Source of the DNA: Eledone cirrhosa
Taxonomy: Eukaryota
Length of the DNA: 64,000 bases
Direction: 5' to 3'
Assembly (NCBI GenBank): GCA_964016885.1
Contig: OZ024740.1
Coordinates: 358,422,001 to 358,486,000 of the forward strand
The notes beneath the pieces were generated by a model. That model worked only from the letters and a program-made list of their open reading frames with translations. It was not told the DNA's origin and ran no database searches. Below are positions 27,613-39,500 of the stretch, one piece after another; within the stretch, counting starts at the first letter, position 1, and each line of letters starts with the position of its first letter. The translations under genes and the position numbers were made by a program.

Positions 27613-30600
27613 ATGGCTAGTTTACGAGTTGGAACCGTGAATGTGCGTGGCCTAGGGATGCCCTGGAAACAGGGCCAACTTTTAAACGACCTTAGGTCAC
27701 ACAGTATGGATGTGATAGCCATCACCGTGTCCAGGATCCACAACAGGCAGCAACTAACCCCCATCTTCGACAACTTTGAGATCTACGCTTCTCTCTGTCA
27801 GTCAGGAGGTGGAGATGGAGTGACTGTCATGTTTCGGAAAAAACCTAGATCTCGAAGTACAGCAAGTACACTTGGACCCGGAGGGTAGACTGGTAGTCCT
27901 AGACGTGAACAGTATTGGAGGTGGAGCCTTCAGACTGGTGGCCGTTTATGCCCCGACCGGAAAATCGCAATCACGGCCAGATTTCTTTAAGCGTCTAGAG
28001 TCTTTTCTGGGAACGTCTCGCTCCTTACTTTTAGTGGGGGACTGGAATGGTATCCTAGATGCACGATGGGACTATCTGGGAGCATTTTCCAGTAGAGCCG
28101 GGTGCAACAGCCTCAAAACTTTAATCGGCCAATTCCAACTGGCCGATAGGTATCGACTGGATTTCCCGACTGCACCACAGTGGACGTGGGCAAACCGCAG
28201 TGGGACATCTAGATCGTATTTAGATAGGTTTTTCATTAGAGAGAAGGACAAGATGTTAAGCTGTCCACGAATGCACATGGTTGCCTATTCAGATCACAAG
28301 TTAGTCGTCTGCTTAGTCAACCGTGATAGAATACATAGACAAAGAGCCGGATACTGGAAGCTGAACGTGTCGTTGTCGGCACGTAAAACTTACAATGAAC
28401 GGATAAGTAGACTAGTCAAGCAACAGTTAACGGGAGCCATCGTCAACAATAGATGGTGGTACTCTTTCAAGAAAGCAATTAGAATAGAATCGATAGGGTG
28501 TACCAGAGAGTTAGCCTTAGAGAAAAACAGAATGGAAAGAGAACTAGTAGCCAAGGTAGAGGAGGTACTTAGAAGTGGCAACGCGGCTAGAGTGTTAGCG
28601 TCGAGAACGGCACTGGACCAGTTCTTCGATGCGAAACACGAAGGCTGCGTGGTCAGAAGCAAAACACGTGCTCTAGGAAACGAAGGAGCGAAAGCTGTCA
28701 GCTGGGCCCGAGTGGTGGAAGCGAAAAGTGGCAACAAGTCCACGATTCGGTCTTTGAAAGATCAAAACGGACGCGTGCTACTTGACCCCAAGCAAATGTG
28801 CGCGGTCTTTCAGCGGCACTTTGCGCGACTGTTTGATGAACGACGGTGCACCGAACGGGTCAATGGAATTTGGTTCATACGTCGACGGCTTGCCGCGTCT
28901 TTCGAGCATGGACGCCTAGTTCTGCGAAAGACCGATCACAGCCACTGAGATACGGGACGCTCTGTGCCGCTACGGGATACGCAAATCACCCGGTCTATAT
29001 AGTCTACCCTATGAGTTTTACATAGGCATGCCGGAATGTTCTCTGGCGTCCTCGAAACCGTCTACTGCAATTGGCAGCAGAACGGGACAATTCCCAGTTC
29101 TGCAGGCAAGGGCGTAGATCAGGAAAGACGAGAACAAGGGGGACGAAATTAACAACTTCAGGCCCATAACTCTGCTCAACACAGTTAAAGATTTTGGCCA
29201 AGGTGCTAGCAACGAGGCTGGCACTTGTCGTCGAAAACCTGGTAGGGAAAGCGCAAATGTGTGCAATCCCGACCAGGTTCATACACGACAACCTCCACCT
29301 CATGCGATACATCATAGAGAGGGTGGTGTGAAAACCCGGTTTCGGTGGGGATCTGATCAATTTAGATCAGTCTAAGGGTCGACCATCGATACTTGGAAGG
29401 GGTTCTCAAGGCGGCCGGTTTCGGTCCCATGTTTAGGGGATGGATCGAGGTGATGCACACCAGCATCTGTTCGAGGGTCAAGGTGAACGGATACCTATCG
29501 GAGCCGTTCGCAATCACTCGTTCCATTCGACAGGGATGCCCTCTCTCCTCCATTCTGTACGTATTGACTCTAGAGCTACTACTGCGGAAATTGGAGCTTT
29601 TGCAGGGCATCCCTTTAGAACCGGGACTGCGAAAAGCGGCGTCGGCTTATGCCGAAGACGTTACGGTAATGGTGTTGAAAACCTCGGAAATCAAGGTAAT
29701 CGGCAACCTACTACAGGAATACGAAAGGTTCACAGGAGCAAAACTGAACCCGGACAAGTCTGTCGGTTTGCAACTCGGAACGTAGACCGAAGGAGCAGTG
29801 AAATTGCTTGGGGTTTGGTTCGGTCCAGACCTCCAGGTGGAGAAAAACTGGAACGAGGTCATGGCCAAGGTATTTGCGCTCACCCAGAAGTGGGCAGAGT
29901 GCAAACTGTCTTTGAAAGGTCGAGCGGAGGTGGTGAACACTTTCATAGCGTCTGTCATCTACTACCGGTTGACTGTCGTGCCTGGTCCCCGTGAATACCT
30001 CACCAAAATGGAACGCATGCTCTTACAGTTCCTGTGGAAGAAGCAGGCTCCACTGGTGAGGAGAATAGTCTGCTGTCAACACCCTTCGAACGGAGGGATG
30101 GGCATGCCGTGGCTAATGATGCGCAAACATGCGCTGAGGCTTTGGCATCTCCAGGTATTCTCACCGACCAACCAGTGTGGGCACCGTTTGTGAGACAGGC
30201 CTTCCCACAACTTGTCTCGCTGACGCAGCTACAGTCCTGGGTTAAGCAAAAACCGAAGAAGATGGGCGCCTGGCACATTGAATGCGTCCAGGCGCTCACA
30301 GTGCTCTGTCAAGCGGGCACAGCAATCAGTAGAGACTCCACTTCGGCATTCTATAGAGGGTTAGTACTTTACAAGTGCGATGACGTGCTCGGAGAGACTC
30401 TAGGTGTCGAAATCGACGAGCTCACCAGTCTATTCGGTAGGATATTCCGCCCAGGACCTATGGACAACTTCCAGAGGTCCCTGGCCTGGCAGTGCTACCG
30501 AGGAGCTCTACCCGTTCGAGACAAGATCTACAGGCACGGACGCCCCGGCAGGGATCCTTCCAAGAGGACGTGTCCAAGATGTGAGCAGGACATTGAAACC

Positions 30601-30876
30601 GTCTTCCACGCAATTGTACACTGCCCGGGCGTAAGCGACCTGTGGCACTACGCAGAACAACTTCTGTCGCGTATGGGACAAATCCAGTTGACTGCCGAGT
30701 CCATAGTAAGGATCAAACCGCCAGCCTCTTTCAAAAACGAAAGAGAGGCGGTTTTCCTCTGTACAGTGGCTATGGTGAAAGAGGTTATATGGTGGACGAG
30801 ATTGAAAGGACTGAGGACAGATGCCTTACTCTCCGGACAACAATTGATTGGGCCTTCTCTGTTTATAAGCCTGTAG
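27613..30876 (+). pseudogene. Tx1 copy 3 ORF2, many frameshifts and deletions
   Basis: VNVRGL, GDWN, SDH, QGCPLS, YAED (mutated YADD), CPRCEQDIETVFHAIVHC. About 100 bp deleted just before the stop. Confidence 0.9.
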
Positions 30877-31123
30877 GTTGAAGAAGAGAGCAAAAGGAAG
30901 AAAGGAGCACTTGCACAACACGCTCCTGAAGTTGAGGGTTGTTCTATCGACGGGGTATTAAACATCCCATTTGTGGCGCCTCCCCCCTATTGGGGATTTC
31001 GATTGTTATAATTGTTTGTTTCAATATTTTTACACGACTCTATGTAAAATCCCCGGAATGTCTTTGTATTGTCCTCTTTTCTTGGGCGCCCTTGCGGCAA
31101 ATAAAGAAATATATCTATCTCTT

Positions 31124-31592
31124 GCTATGGCGAAAGAGGTAATATGGTGGACGAGATTAAAAGGACTGACGGCAAACACCTTTCTCTCCGGACAACAACT
31201 TATCCTTTTCTTTAAGTACCACCTCAGAAGGAAGGTGAGAGTGGAGAGAGAGGTGCTACATCCCCGTAAATTCGCTGAGTGGTGGGTGAATGTGGCGAAA
31301 ATTGCCCTAGTGAACGTGTCTTCTCTGTATATAAACCTGTAGGTTGTGAAAGATAAACAGAGGGAAGACGGGAACACCTATAAAACGTGTTCCTGGTGTT
31401 GAGGGTTGTTCTATCCACGGGCGTAAAACAACCCTGCAGTAACGTTCTCCCCTATTGGGGATTTCAATTGTTATTTTATTATATATAGTTTATTGTTATT
31501 TATTAATGTTAAAGTTATATAATTTTTATGTAAAACCCCGCCGTCACGTCTTGTAATATCCCATTTTTGTACGCCCCTGTGGCAAATAAAGA
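31124..31592 (+). mobile_element. 5'-truncated Tx1 copy 4 (ORF2 C-terminus + 3' UTR)
   Basis: AMAKEVIWWTRLKGL...SSLYINL*; ends gcccctgtggcaAATAAAga followed by (CTAT)n. Confidence 0.92.
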
Positions 31593-31607
31593 TATCTATC
31601 TATCTAT

Positions 31608-31775
31608 CTATCGACGAGGTATTAAACAACCCATTTGTGGCGCCTCCCCCCTATTGGGGATTTCGATTGTTATAATTGTTTGTTTCAATATTTTTACACG
31701 ACTGTATGTAAAATCCCCGGCATGTGCCTTTGTATTGTCCCCTTTTCTTGTGCGCCCTTGTGGCAAATAAAGAAA
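31608..31775 (+). mobile_element. 5'-truncated Tx1 copy 5 (3' UTR only, copy-3 subfamily)
   Basis: Near-identical to 30944-31109. Flanked by (CTAT)n on both sides (31593-31612 and 31776-31800). Confidence 0.9.
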
Positions 31776-32188
31776 TCTATCTATCTATCTATCTATCTAT
31801 ACATTTATTTGTTTGTTTATTTATACCTACACCTAATTTATTTATCTTCTCTTTATATTTATTCTGCCTATCCACTCTTTTCTTAAAAAAACAATTTTCT
31901 GAAATTTTAAGAGATATACATACACCTATAAATTGTTTTCACTGTCTGCTTAAAATGTGTTGATAGAGCGCGTCTCACAGAAGTTAATAAATGGATAGTT
32001 ATACAAATGATTACATTTCTTAGAGCTCAAGACAGTGTGTTATTGGATATACATTTTATTGCTGTCACTTGTGGTTTTTGTTATGACTTGCAATGAATTT
32101 TGTATGATAATGTATCACTGTGCCAACATTGTGCATATAATTTAACATTGAGTGCATAGACGTTTTGTAATATTCACTATAATCCTAC

Positions 32189-32582
32189 GACATATATGAA
32201 AGCAATATGACAGTAAAAGAAGTACTGACTAAGTCACTTCTTTTCGGCGAAAGAAGGTAGAGAAGCTGACAATCTGTTCCATGCTGGTTGGCGTTCATCA
32301 GAGCCACATACTCCCTTGCCTTCGTCGAAAAAAATTATAGAAGGTTGATTCTTACAGAATTCCAGTAATAATCAGGAGCTGATTATACAGAGCGATTGCC
32401 GGTACAGCAAAAATTAGGTATTAGGATTGGTGCTCTGAAATAGCGATGTATACATGAATGTATGTATAGTATATTGGGCAATATAGCGTATGTTTAATTA
32501 AAAGAAGTAAGTGAAATAATCACGCCGAAAAGAAGTGACATAGTCACTACTTTAAAACTGATAGCGTATGGTCTTCTAAATG

Positions 32583-32584
<2 letters not shown>
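32189..32584. mobile_element. MITE-like element with long imperfect terminal inverted repeats
   Basis: agtactgactaagtcacttcttttcggcg (32221-32249) versus cgccgaaaagaagtgacatagtcactact (32523-32551). Weaker pairing extends ~30 bp outward. Confidence 0.55.
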
Positions 32585-32669
<85 letters not shown>

Positions 32670-32915
32670 ATTATGTAATAAAAACATAAGATAATTATTT
32701 CATTTACCAAAGTCTACATAGAACACTCTCTTTTCCTTTACCTTTCCTAAGGAAACACTTCATATATATATATATAAAGAATAAAACAAGGTTGCACTTT
32801 GCTATAGCATAGTATGCTGATATTGGTACCTTCTTCAATAAACTACGAATCTAATGAATCACCCAATCTCTCTCTGTCTCCTCCTCTCTCTATTTATCTC
32901 TCCCCCCCTCTCTCC

Positions 32916-32954
<39 letters not shown>

Positions 32955-32955
<1 letters not shown>

Positions 32956-33890
32956 CACGATACATTAACGGAGCCATAGACTCTCGCCGTTCCCTTTAAA
33001 TAATGTGCTCAAAGGAGAGGAAATCTTGGACACTTTAAAATATAATATGTTGAAAAGGTAACACACTAGAGAGAGATACAGTGCGCCATCAATAAAACAG
33101 GGAAAAACCACCAGTGTATGGAATATATAACCTATGAAAGGCAGAATATAGACACGATAATTAAAAATATAAATTAAAGCGTAAATAACTATATAACACA
33201 CGTACAAATCCAAAGTGATCTGTTTCGCCAGTGAGTTGTTGACGGAAATGAAATAACCCAGGTTAATCAGCGTGTGTTAGGCTATACATTTCAGACAACA
33301 CTAAGAGAATTTTTAAAGCGACCGTCCAACTACACGTGGGAGAGAGAAGTCACAGCGTGTTTAAGGGCAGTGAACCAATGGCCTCTGAGGGACGAGCTGC
33401 TAGAAAGGGCAGCCCAAAACCACTCAGAGAAGTGTGCTCAACCAAACAGAGAAAGAGGAGAAAGACTGTTATAAGGAGCAAAATATCACGATACATTAAC
33501 GGAGCCATAGACTCTCGCCGTTCCCTGTAAATAATGTGCTCAAAGGAGAGGAATTCCTGGGCACTTTAAAATACAATATGTTGAAAAAGTAACACACCAG
33601 AGAGAGATACAGTGCGCCATCAATAAAACAGGGAAAAAACCACCAGTGTATGGAATCTATAACCTATGAAAGGCAGAATATAGACACGATAATTAAAAAT
33701 ATAAATTAAAGCGTAAATAAATACCTCTATAACTATATAACACACGTACAAATCCAATTTGGATTTGTACAAATCCAATTTGGATTCTGCCTTTCATAGG
33801 TTATAGATTCCATACACTGGTGGTTTTTCCCTGTTTTATTGATGGTGCACTGTATCTCTCTCTAGTGTGTTACCTTTTCAACATATTATA
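32955..33890. mobile_element. Probable PLE-type composite: ~255-bp direct repeats plus a ~105-bp inverted segment, inside (TA)n
   Basis: 32957-33213 is repeated at 33487-33757. 33785-33890 is the reverse complement of ~33573-33679. TA tracts on both sides. Confidence 0.6.
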
Positions 33891-34282
33891 TATATATATA
33901 TATATATATACAGTTGTTACTACGTTCCTTGAGCACACGTGAAGAGTGAAAAACCGCGAATATTGGATGTGGTCCATAAAAATGCCTATAAACCTCAAAA
34001 TATAACGTAAAATATAAGCCGGCAAATACGGTATATTGTTATCAATAATTTAGCGTTAAAAAATATATAATGCCACGAAAAAATCCCTAAAAAAACGCGG
34101 AAGTTATTTACGAGTCCGCGAATATGCGGTGGTTTCCACGAACAATTATTAGTTAGGTTCTAAAGAAAATTCTGTGTATCTTTCAAGCTTCTACTTTCCA
34201 ATAAAGTTTAAATGTTCAGAAAGTGTTCCAAAGCTTACATCTAATTCTCCTGCAAGCTCCTGAAAAAATGTGCGAGGATTTG

Positions 34283-34324
34283 CTTTCACCGAAGCTTTCA
34301 CCGAAGCTTTCACCGAAGCTTTCA
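34283..34324. repeat. 12-bp tandem repeat (gctttcaccgaa) x ~3.5
   Basis: Directly visible. Confidence 0.9.
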
Positions 34325-34639
34325 ATTCATCATCGTCAACCTCTCCAAGAGCGTATTTACTACTACGGAATGTTTGAAACCAAGGTGCACTGTGTATTAA
34401 TTAACATTTCTTTGGCACCAAACTTCATTCATGTTTCTAACCGTTTCTGCTGCACCGCCACAGAGTTTAAACTCATAGAAAAAATTCAGTAAAAATCACG
34501 TTTTGACAACTTCCTTTCTAATATTAAAAGTGGATTACAGAAAGAAAGCCCATAAAATAAGCTTTAATATGACATATAATTTGACACACATTGTACAAAT
34601 TTTTATTCTTAAAAAATGTTGAAAACAAATAAAAATATA

Positions 34640-35170
34640 AACCCTGCATTAATGTCTGAGCAACCATACGACTAACGTCCTTTTCCGGCATTTTTTGCTG
34701 AATCTACCATCCACACCCTTGAGTACAGCGATAAAAATGCTTCTTCTTGAAAATAATCTTGGTGTTCTGCTTGTTATGTATTCGCTTCATTACTGTCATC
34801 TCACACAGGCCACTTGTCCTATTTCCTTATATTATGTTTTGATACAATGCAAGGTTCGTAGTTAGTGAATTGTTCTGTGATGGTTCTCAAAATATATTCA
34901 TACATGAGAAGCTGTATTGGATACATTCCAAACCAATATAACTTAAATACGTTACAGTTATATCTAGTTTCTTTTACTGAGTTGTGAAATATCACTGGAC
35001 TTCTTTAATACCGGTGAAGATTTAGTTCCAAAATAAATAGCAGAGAAATGTTCTCTCAAAGGAATATTTCTGAAGTATTCGAAATGATTGCTGTATATTC
35101 TGCATTCAACAAAATAATTGACACGAAATATATTAGAATATGATTTTTTCTGCATCACAATCACTGTCAT
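34640..35170 (-). mobile_element. Possible highly decayed piggyBac-like transposase remnant
   Basis: Minus-strand fragments resemble piggyBac motifs (SNHFEYFRNI ~ 'NRFE.I.R'; ggtgtggatggtagattca ~ 'VWM..DS'). Weak. Confidence 0.3.
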
Positions 35171-36605
35171 TTCAGCAATTCTAAATATAAAAGCATTTCT
35201 AAATATAAAAGCGAATAAAAATCTATTCTATAATCTACACATAATTTTTTAATGTTTGGAATCATCTAAAACTTGTAGCCTTGTTATAAATCCTGCTTAT
35301 ATTCAAACACATATATAAGATAATTGATGGTGAACTCACTGGAAATTATCTATTGGATTGACAACTTTTTTATAATTCTTATATTACATCAAAATGTTTT
35401 ATTAGCTAGGAAACCTTTGCTATTTGGTTTCAGCACTCAAAAAGGATCGTCTCACATTATCTTACATGATGGATTAGCAGAATCATTAGAACATCGTACA
35501 AAATAACTTGCGCTGTTTATTCTGACTTTATACGTTCTACGTTTCAAATCCCGCAGGTGAACGTTGCTTTTCATCATTCCATAAAATCAAGAATCAATCA
35601 AGTACTACGGTCGATTTAATCAACTAATCCATTCACGTCTTACACGTCTTTAAAAAACAAACAATTATAATATCCTATACTAGTCAACATTTCTTTTAAT
35701 AGATTCAGGAAGCAAGGGTGTTCCTTAGAATGTTAATAATTGCTAGAATTAATTTGTTCACTTCCAGTTCCCTTTGAAATATATCTGGTTGAATGTTTTC
35801 TTCGTTTTCATTGCAGATATTCACTGTACTCTTATCGTAAAGCCCCCAAATATACCACATTGGAAACAATAACATGCGAAGGAAATGCTCCTTGGTATAC
35901 TGGACAGTTCGTCTCTACAAGAAAAAAAAAATCAACGTCTTTTCTTTTAATTTATTTTCAGTTATTGGTTGCTCTGAATTATTCACAAACTTCCTTTTCA
36001 CAATATATTCTGAAAACTGTGGAGAGAAATTGGATATTTACATTTAATTGCAGCTCTTTTAAAGTCTGGATTTTATTTATAGATTTTCAGGTAGTCAGTT
36101 TGTTATGTAATTAGCTACAATGAATTAAAATATTTGTAATGGTATAGCATAATTTCCAGGTAGATGCCTCATAGAATTGTAGTGTAATTGTAGTGTATTT
36201 ATTTTTACTGTTTAGAAACAGAACAAAAACCTTCGTTACAACACAATAGTTAATTCCACTTTCTGAACGTTTTGTATTTACATTTTTCTGACGCAGACGA
36301 TCAATATTCCCTCCAAATTCTACGGTTTCACATAATATTACTGATTGCTATATCAGTAGGATTTTAAAATATATATCTTCCTGGGATAATGTAAATTTAA
36401 GATTTAAAAAATAATTCAATGAAATATAATTGGAAGCAGTTTTCAAGTGTATATAAATGAGACTACTAAAATATATTTGGTCGTTAATTTTAGATGCATA
36501 ACATTATCAGCTATGGTGACATTTGTATTGATAGACTATACATGTCACAATTTATAACATTGACCCTTTTAATAAAAAAAAATCGCTTGGAACCACCAAT
36601 CGTTT

Positions 36606-36792
36606 TGGATTGGCAGTATCGGTAGAGGGTCAGACTCTATGCTTTGCAGCATAGAGTTACGCCCCTTTACGATCTGAGTTCAAATCCCGCCGAGGTTAAC
36701 TTAGCCTTTAATCCTTACGGGGTCGATAAAATAAGGTACCAATATTGCACTGGAATAATTGCTGGCCTTGTGCCAAAAGTAGAAACAATTAT
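36606..36792 (+). mobile_element. tRNA-derived SINE (family A)
   Basis: tggcagtatcgg...gagttcaaatcccgccgagg...gtgccaaaagtagaaacaattat. Confidence 0.9.
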
Positions 36793-39244
36793 ATAAAATT
36801 CTTTATTTGAAAGTGTTTATATTTATCTAAAAAACTTTCCATCATAAGAATGGGTTAGAGTAAAAATGCCACACTTTCATTATATTTTTAATTAGGATTA
36901 AATTATCAGGAAAAGAGATACTTAAGGGGTAGGAAAGCGATCATCTGCTGCTGCAGATAACTGATGGAAAGCTAACTACGCGAGACGTTTGTATTCTCCA
37001 AATGATTAATTGATGATTTTAGGATTACTGCTAATATATCATTGCTGACGTTGTAAGTCCAATTGAAACATTATGTAGGAAGCCACATGTATTATTGAAG
37101 CCATTTGCAGACTTATTATTGGCAACATAATCACACGGAATAATATATTATAAGATATATCAGAGTATTACCGTCTGAATATCATTTTACATTCGTATTT
37201 ATCACTGAAAACATCCTGCTAGTATAATAGAAATAGTAACATTTTAAGAGAAATATATAGAAAACATTGTCTAAATATCAGGAAACCTGTGTGACAGCAT
37301 ATCAATTCTGTATCTGAAATATGTTTCCACAAAGAACATTTATATGCATGAAAGTAGATCAGTTGCTTCTATACAATGAAATGAATTCTAACGTATAATT
37401 AAAAATAGATCCGATAAAACTATGTGGATTAGAAAAATGTGTGGAGATTTCGATTCAATAGAATATATGCATATTTCCATTTGTTATTGCATTGGGAACA
37501 TGTAATACCCATATTCCCTTTACCCACGAAATAACAGCACAAAACAGACAAAAATGAACGACAAAACATTTTTATGTTGTACAGTTTTTCTCATAAAGAT
37601 ACATTTCTAATTGCTTTAAAATATTTTTTGTCAGCAAATTTAGACATCGTAGCGATCGTGTTGTTGTTGTTGTTGTGGGGGGGGGGGGTCGAGGCGGTGT
37701 AAACTAAGTCTTTAGGATCATTTTTCCGGGCTCTTTCGAATTAATCAACTGAAAGTACAAGACTCTCCTCGCTACAGGACGCCAGTCTACCGTAGTATTA
37801 AACTGCTAGTTGTTGCTGGTATTCATTTCCAGCTGAAGCAACGTGAAATGTTTATCTCAAGAAAATAACACACAATCCCGTCCATGAATCGAACACATTG
37901 TCTTCACACAATTAATCTAGGCCGACATTATTATGTTTCTAAAAGGAGAATGGTGTGATATGAATGATTTTTGTGCTATTTTTAGCTGTTGGAGCATTTA
38001 CATTGCTGTCGTTATTTATCCCCAGGTCAGCCGTCATCATGTAGATCTATGTGTAAAGAGCCATAACACTATCACCTTCTTATATATACGATTGTTTATC
38101 TAAGACTACATTAACCAAAATGATAAAAAACCGTAGAGAGTATTTCAAAATAGATATCATTAATACTTCCACCAGTAATACGCCCACATACTGGTTCACT
38201 CATTAATAACTAAACAAAAATCGTTTCTTGTCATCACTTTCACTTAAAATGTTGTTGTTGTTGAAGATGATTATGATGAAAATGATTATGATGATGATGA
38301 GGTCGATGATATAACAGCTCTCAAACATATAGGTTTAGCGTGCCTCCTACGAGGTTGTATCTTTAGGATCTTTCTCGGATGTTTTAATGACAAACCCTAT
38401 CATGACAAGACTCCATCATACACCGTATGCAAGAATTAACCCTCAGCTGCTGCTGGCACTCATGTTTTTCGACTGTTTGTGTTGCTCAAAACTATTCTAT
38501 CCATGAAAACAACTCATCTGTTTATCTTAGATTACATAGATTATATTTCGTTCGTTAAAGATAGCATGTTGTGATTTGAGATTTGGAGTTCGATTTTTGA
38601 ACCGGGTGGTGTATTGAGTCCTTGAGCTAGATACTTTATTTCACGTTGCTTCAGTTCACTCAACTGGAAAAATGAGTTGCAGCATCATTAGCGTCAAGCT
38701 GTATCGGCCTTGGACAACATCGGTAAGTGGAGAGGGGATTGGTATGAATGGGCCGCTGCTGGACTTCCACAAAAGTACCTTTTCTGGGCTTGCATCTCGC
38801 AGGGGAACGTTCTAGGTTTAAAACCGATGGTCATTCGTGATCGAAGAGGGTCTTTATACTTAACGCCTTACTTTATTGTGATTTGAAGGAGATTTGTGTC
38901 TTATTTCTAGCTAGGCAAATGATCGCATAGTGTCTCCACCATTGATTGATAACTTCTAAAATACAGCGAGGTTTAGTCTATAATTTAACCAATAGAACAT
39001 AAGTATTAAAATATACCAGAAACTACATTTGCACTTAAATTTAATATAATGTTTCCTTCAAACACTACTTGCTGAAGTACATAATCGGAGAAGGTGAATG
39101 TTTAAAATCATAAATATTTTAATTCACCGTTTTCAATCCCTTTAAATTAGACTCGTGTTTCACACACTCACATATATATATATAGAGAGAGTGCTCATAT
39201 TGGTACTACTGCCAGTAATGAACAAAATTACTGAACAATCTTCA

Positions 39245-39440
39245 CTATATATATATAGTGCACATTTAGACGGGAACAAAACAGAGAGGCAGACAAATAA
39301 AGGTTTATTAGGTTCACGCTCTTGAGAGTGAGGGGGGGGGGGGACGTTTCGGCATAAGCCCTTCTTCAGGATAAATAGGTTAGGAAGAGAGTTCCGAGGG
39401 TGTGTGGAAATACATTTAGAAAAAAGAGGGAAGGAGAACA
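39245..39440 (-). mobile_element. PLE 3'-terminal fragment carrying a minimal hammerhead motif
   Basis: Shares its terminus with 13451-13533 and ends in (TA)n. Confidence 0.65.
39343..39370 (-). ncRNA. Minimal hammerhead ribozyme core (PLE type)
   Basis: Minus strand reads cCUGAAGAagGGCuuauGCCGAAACGUC: CUGANGA box, stem II GGC/GCC, GAAA box, palindromic ACGU stem III, GUC site. Stem I is not evident. Confidence 0.7.
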
Positions 39441-39500
39441 AATAAAAATAAAAATAAAAATAAAAATAAAAATAAAAATAAAAATAAAAATAAAAATAAA
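39441..39500. repeat. (AAAAAT)n microsatellite
   Basis: Directly visible. Confidence 0.95.

Larger units (their letters stand above)
25469..31109 (+). mobile_element. Full-length L1/Tx1-clade LINE, copy 3 (third subfamily, more decayed)
   Basis: 5' end gacgcgtggaacatcg after (CTAT)n. 3' end gcccttgcggcaAATAAAgaaa followed by tatatctatct. Confidence 0.93.
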
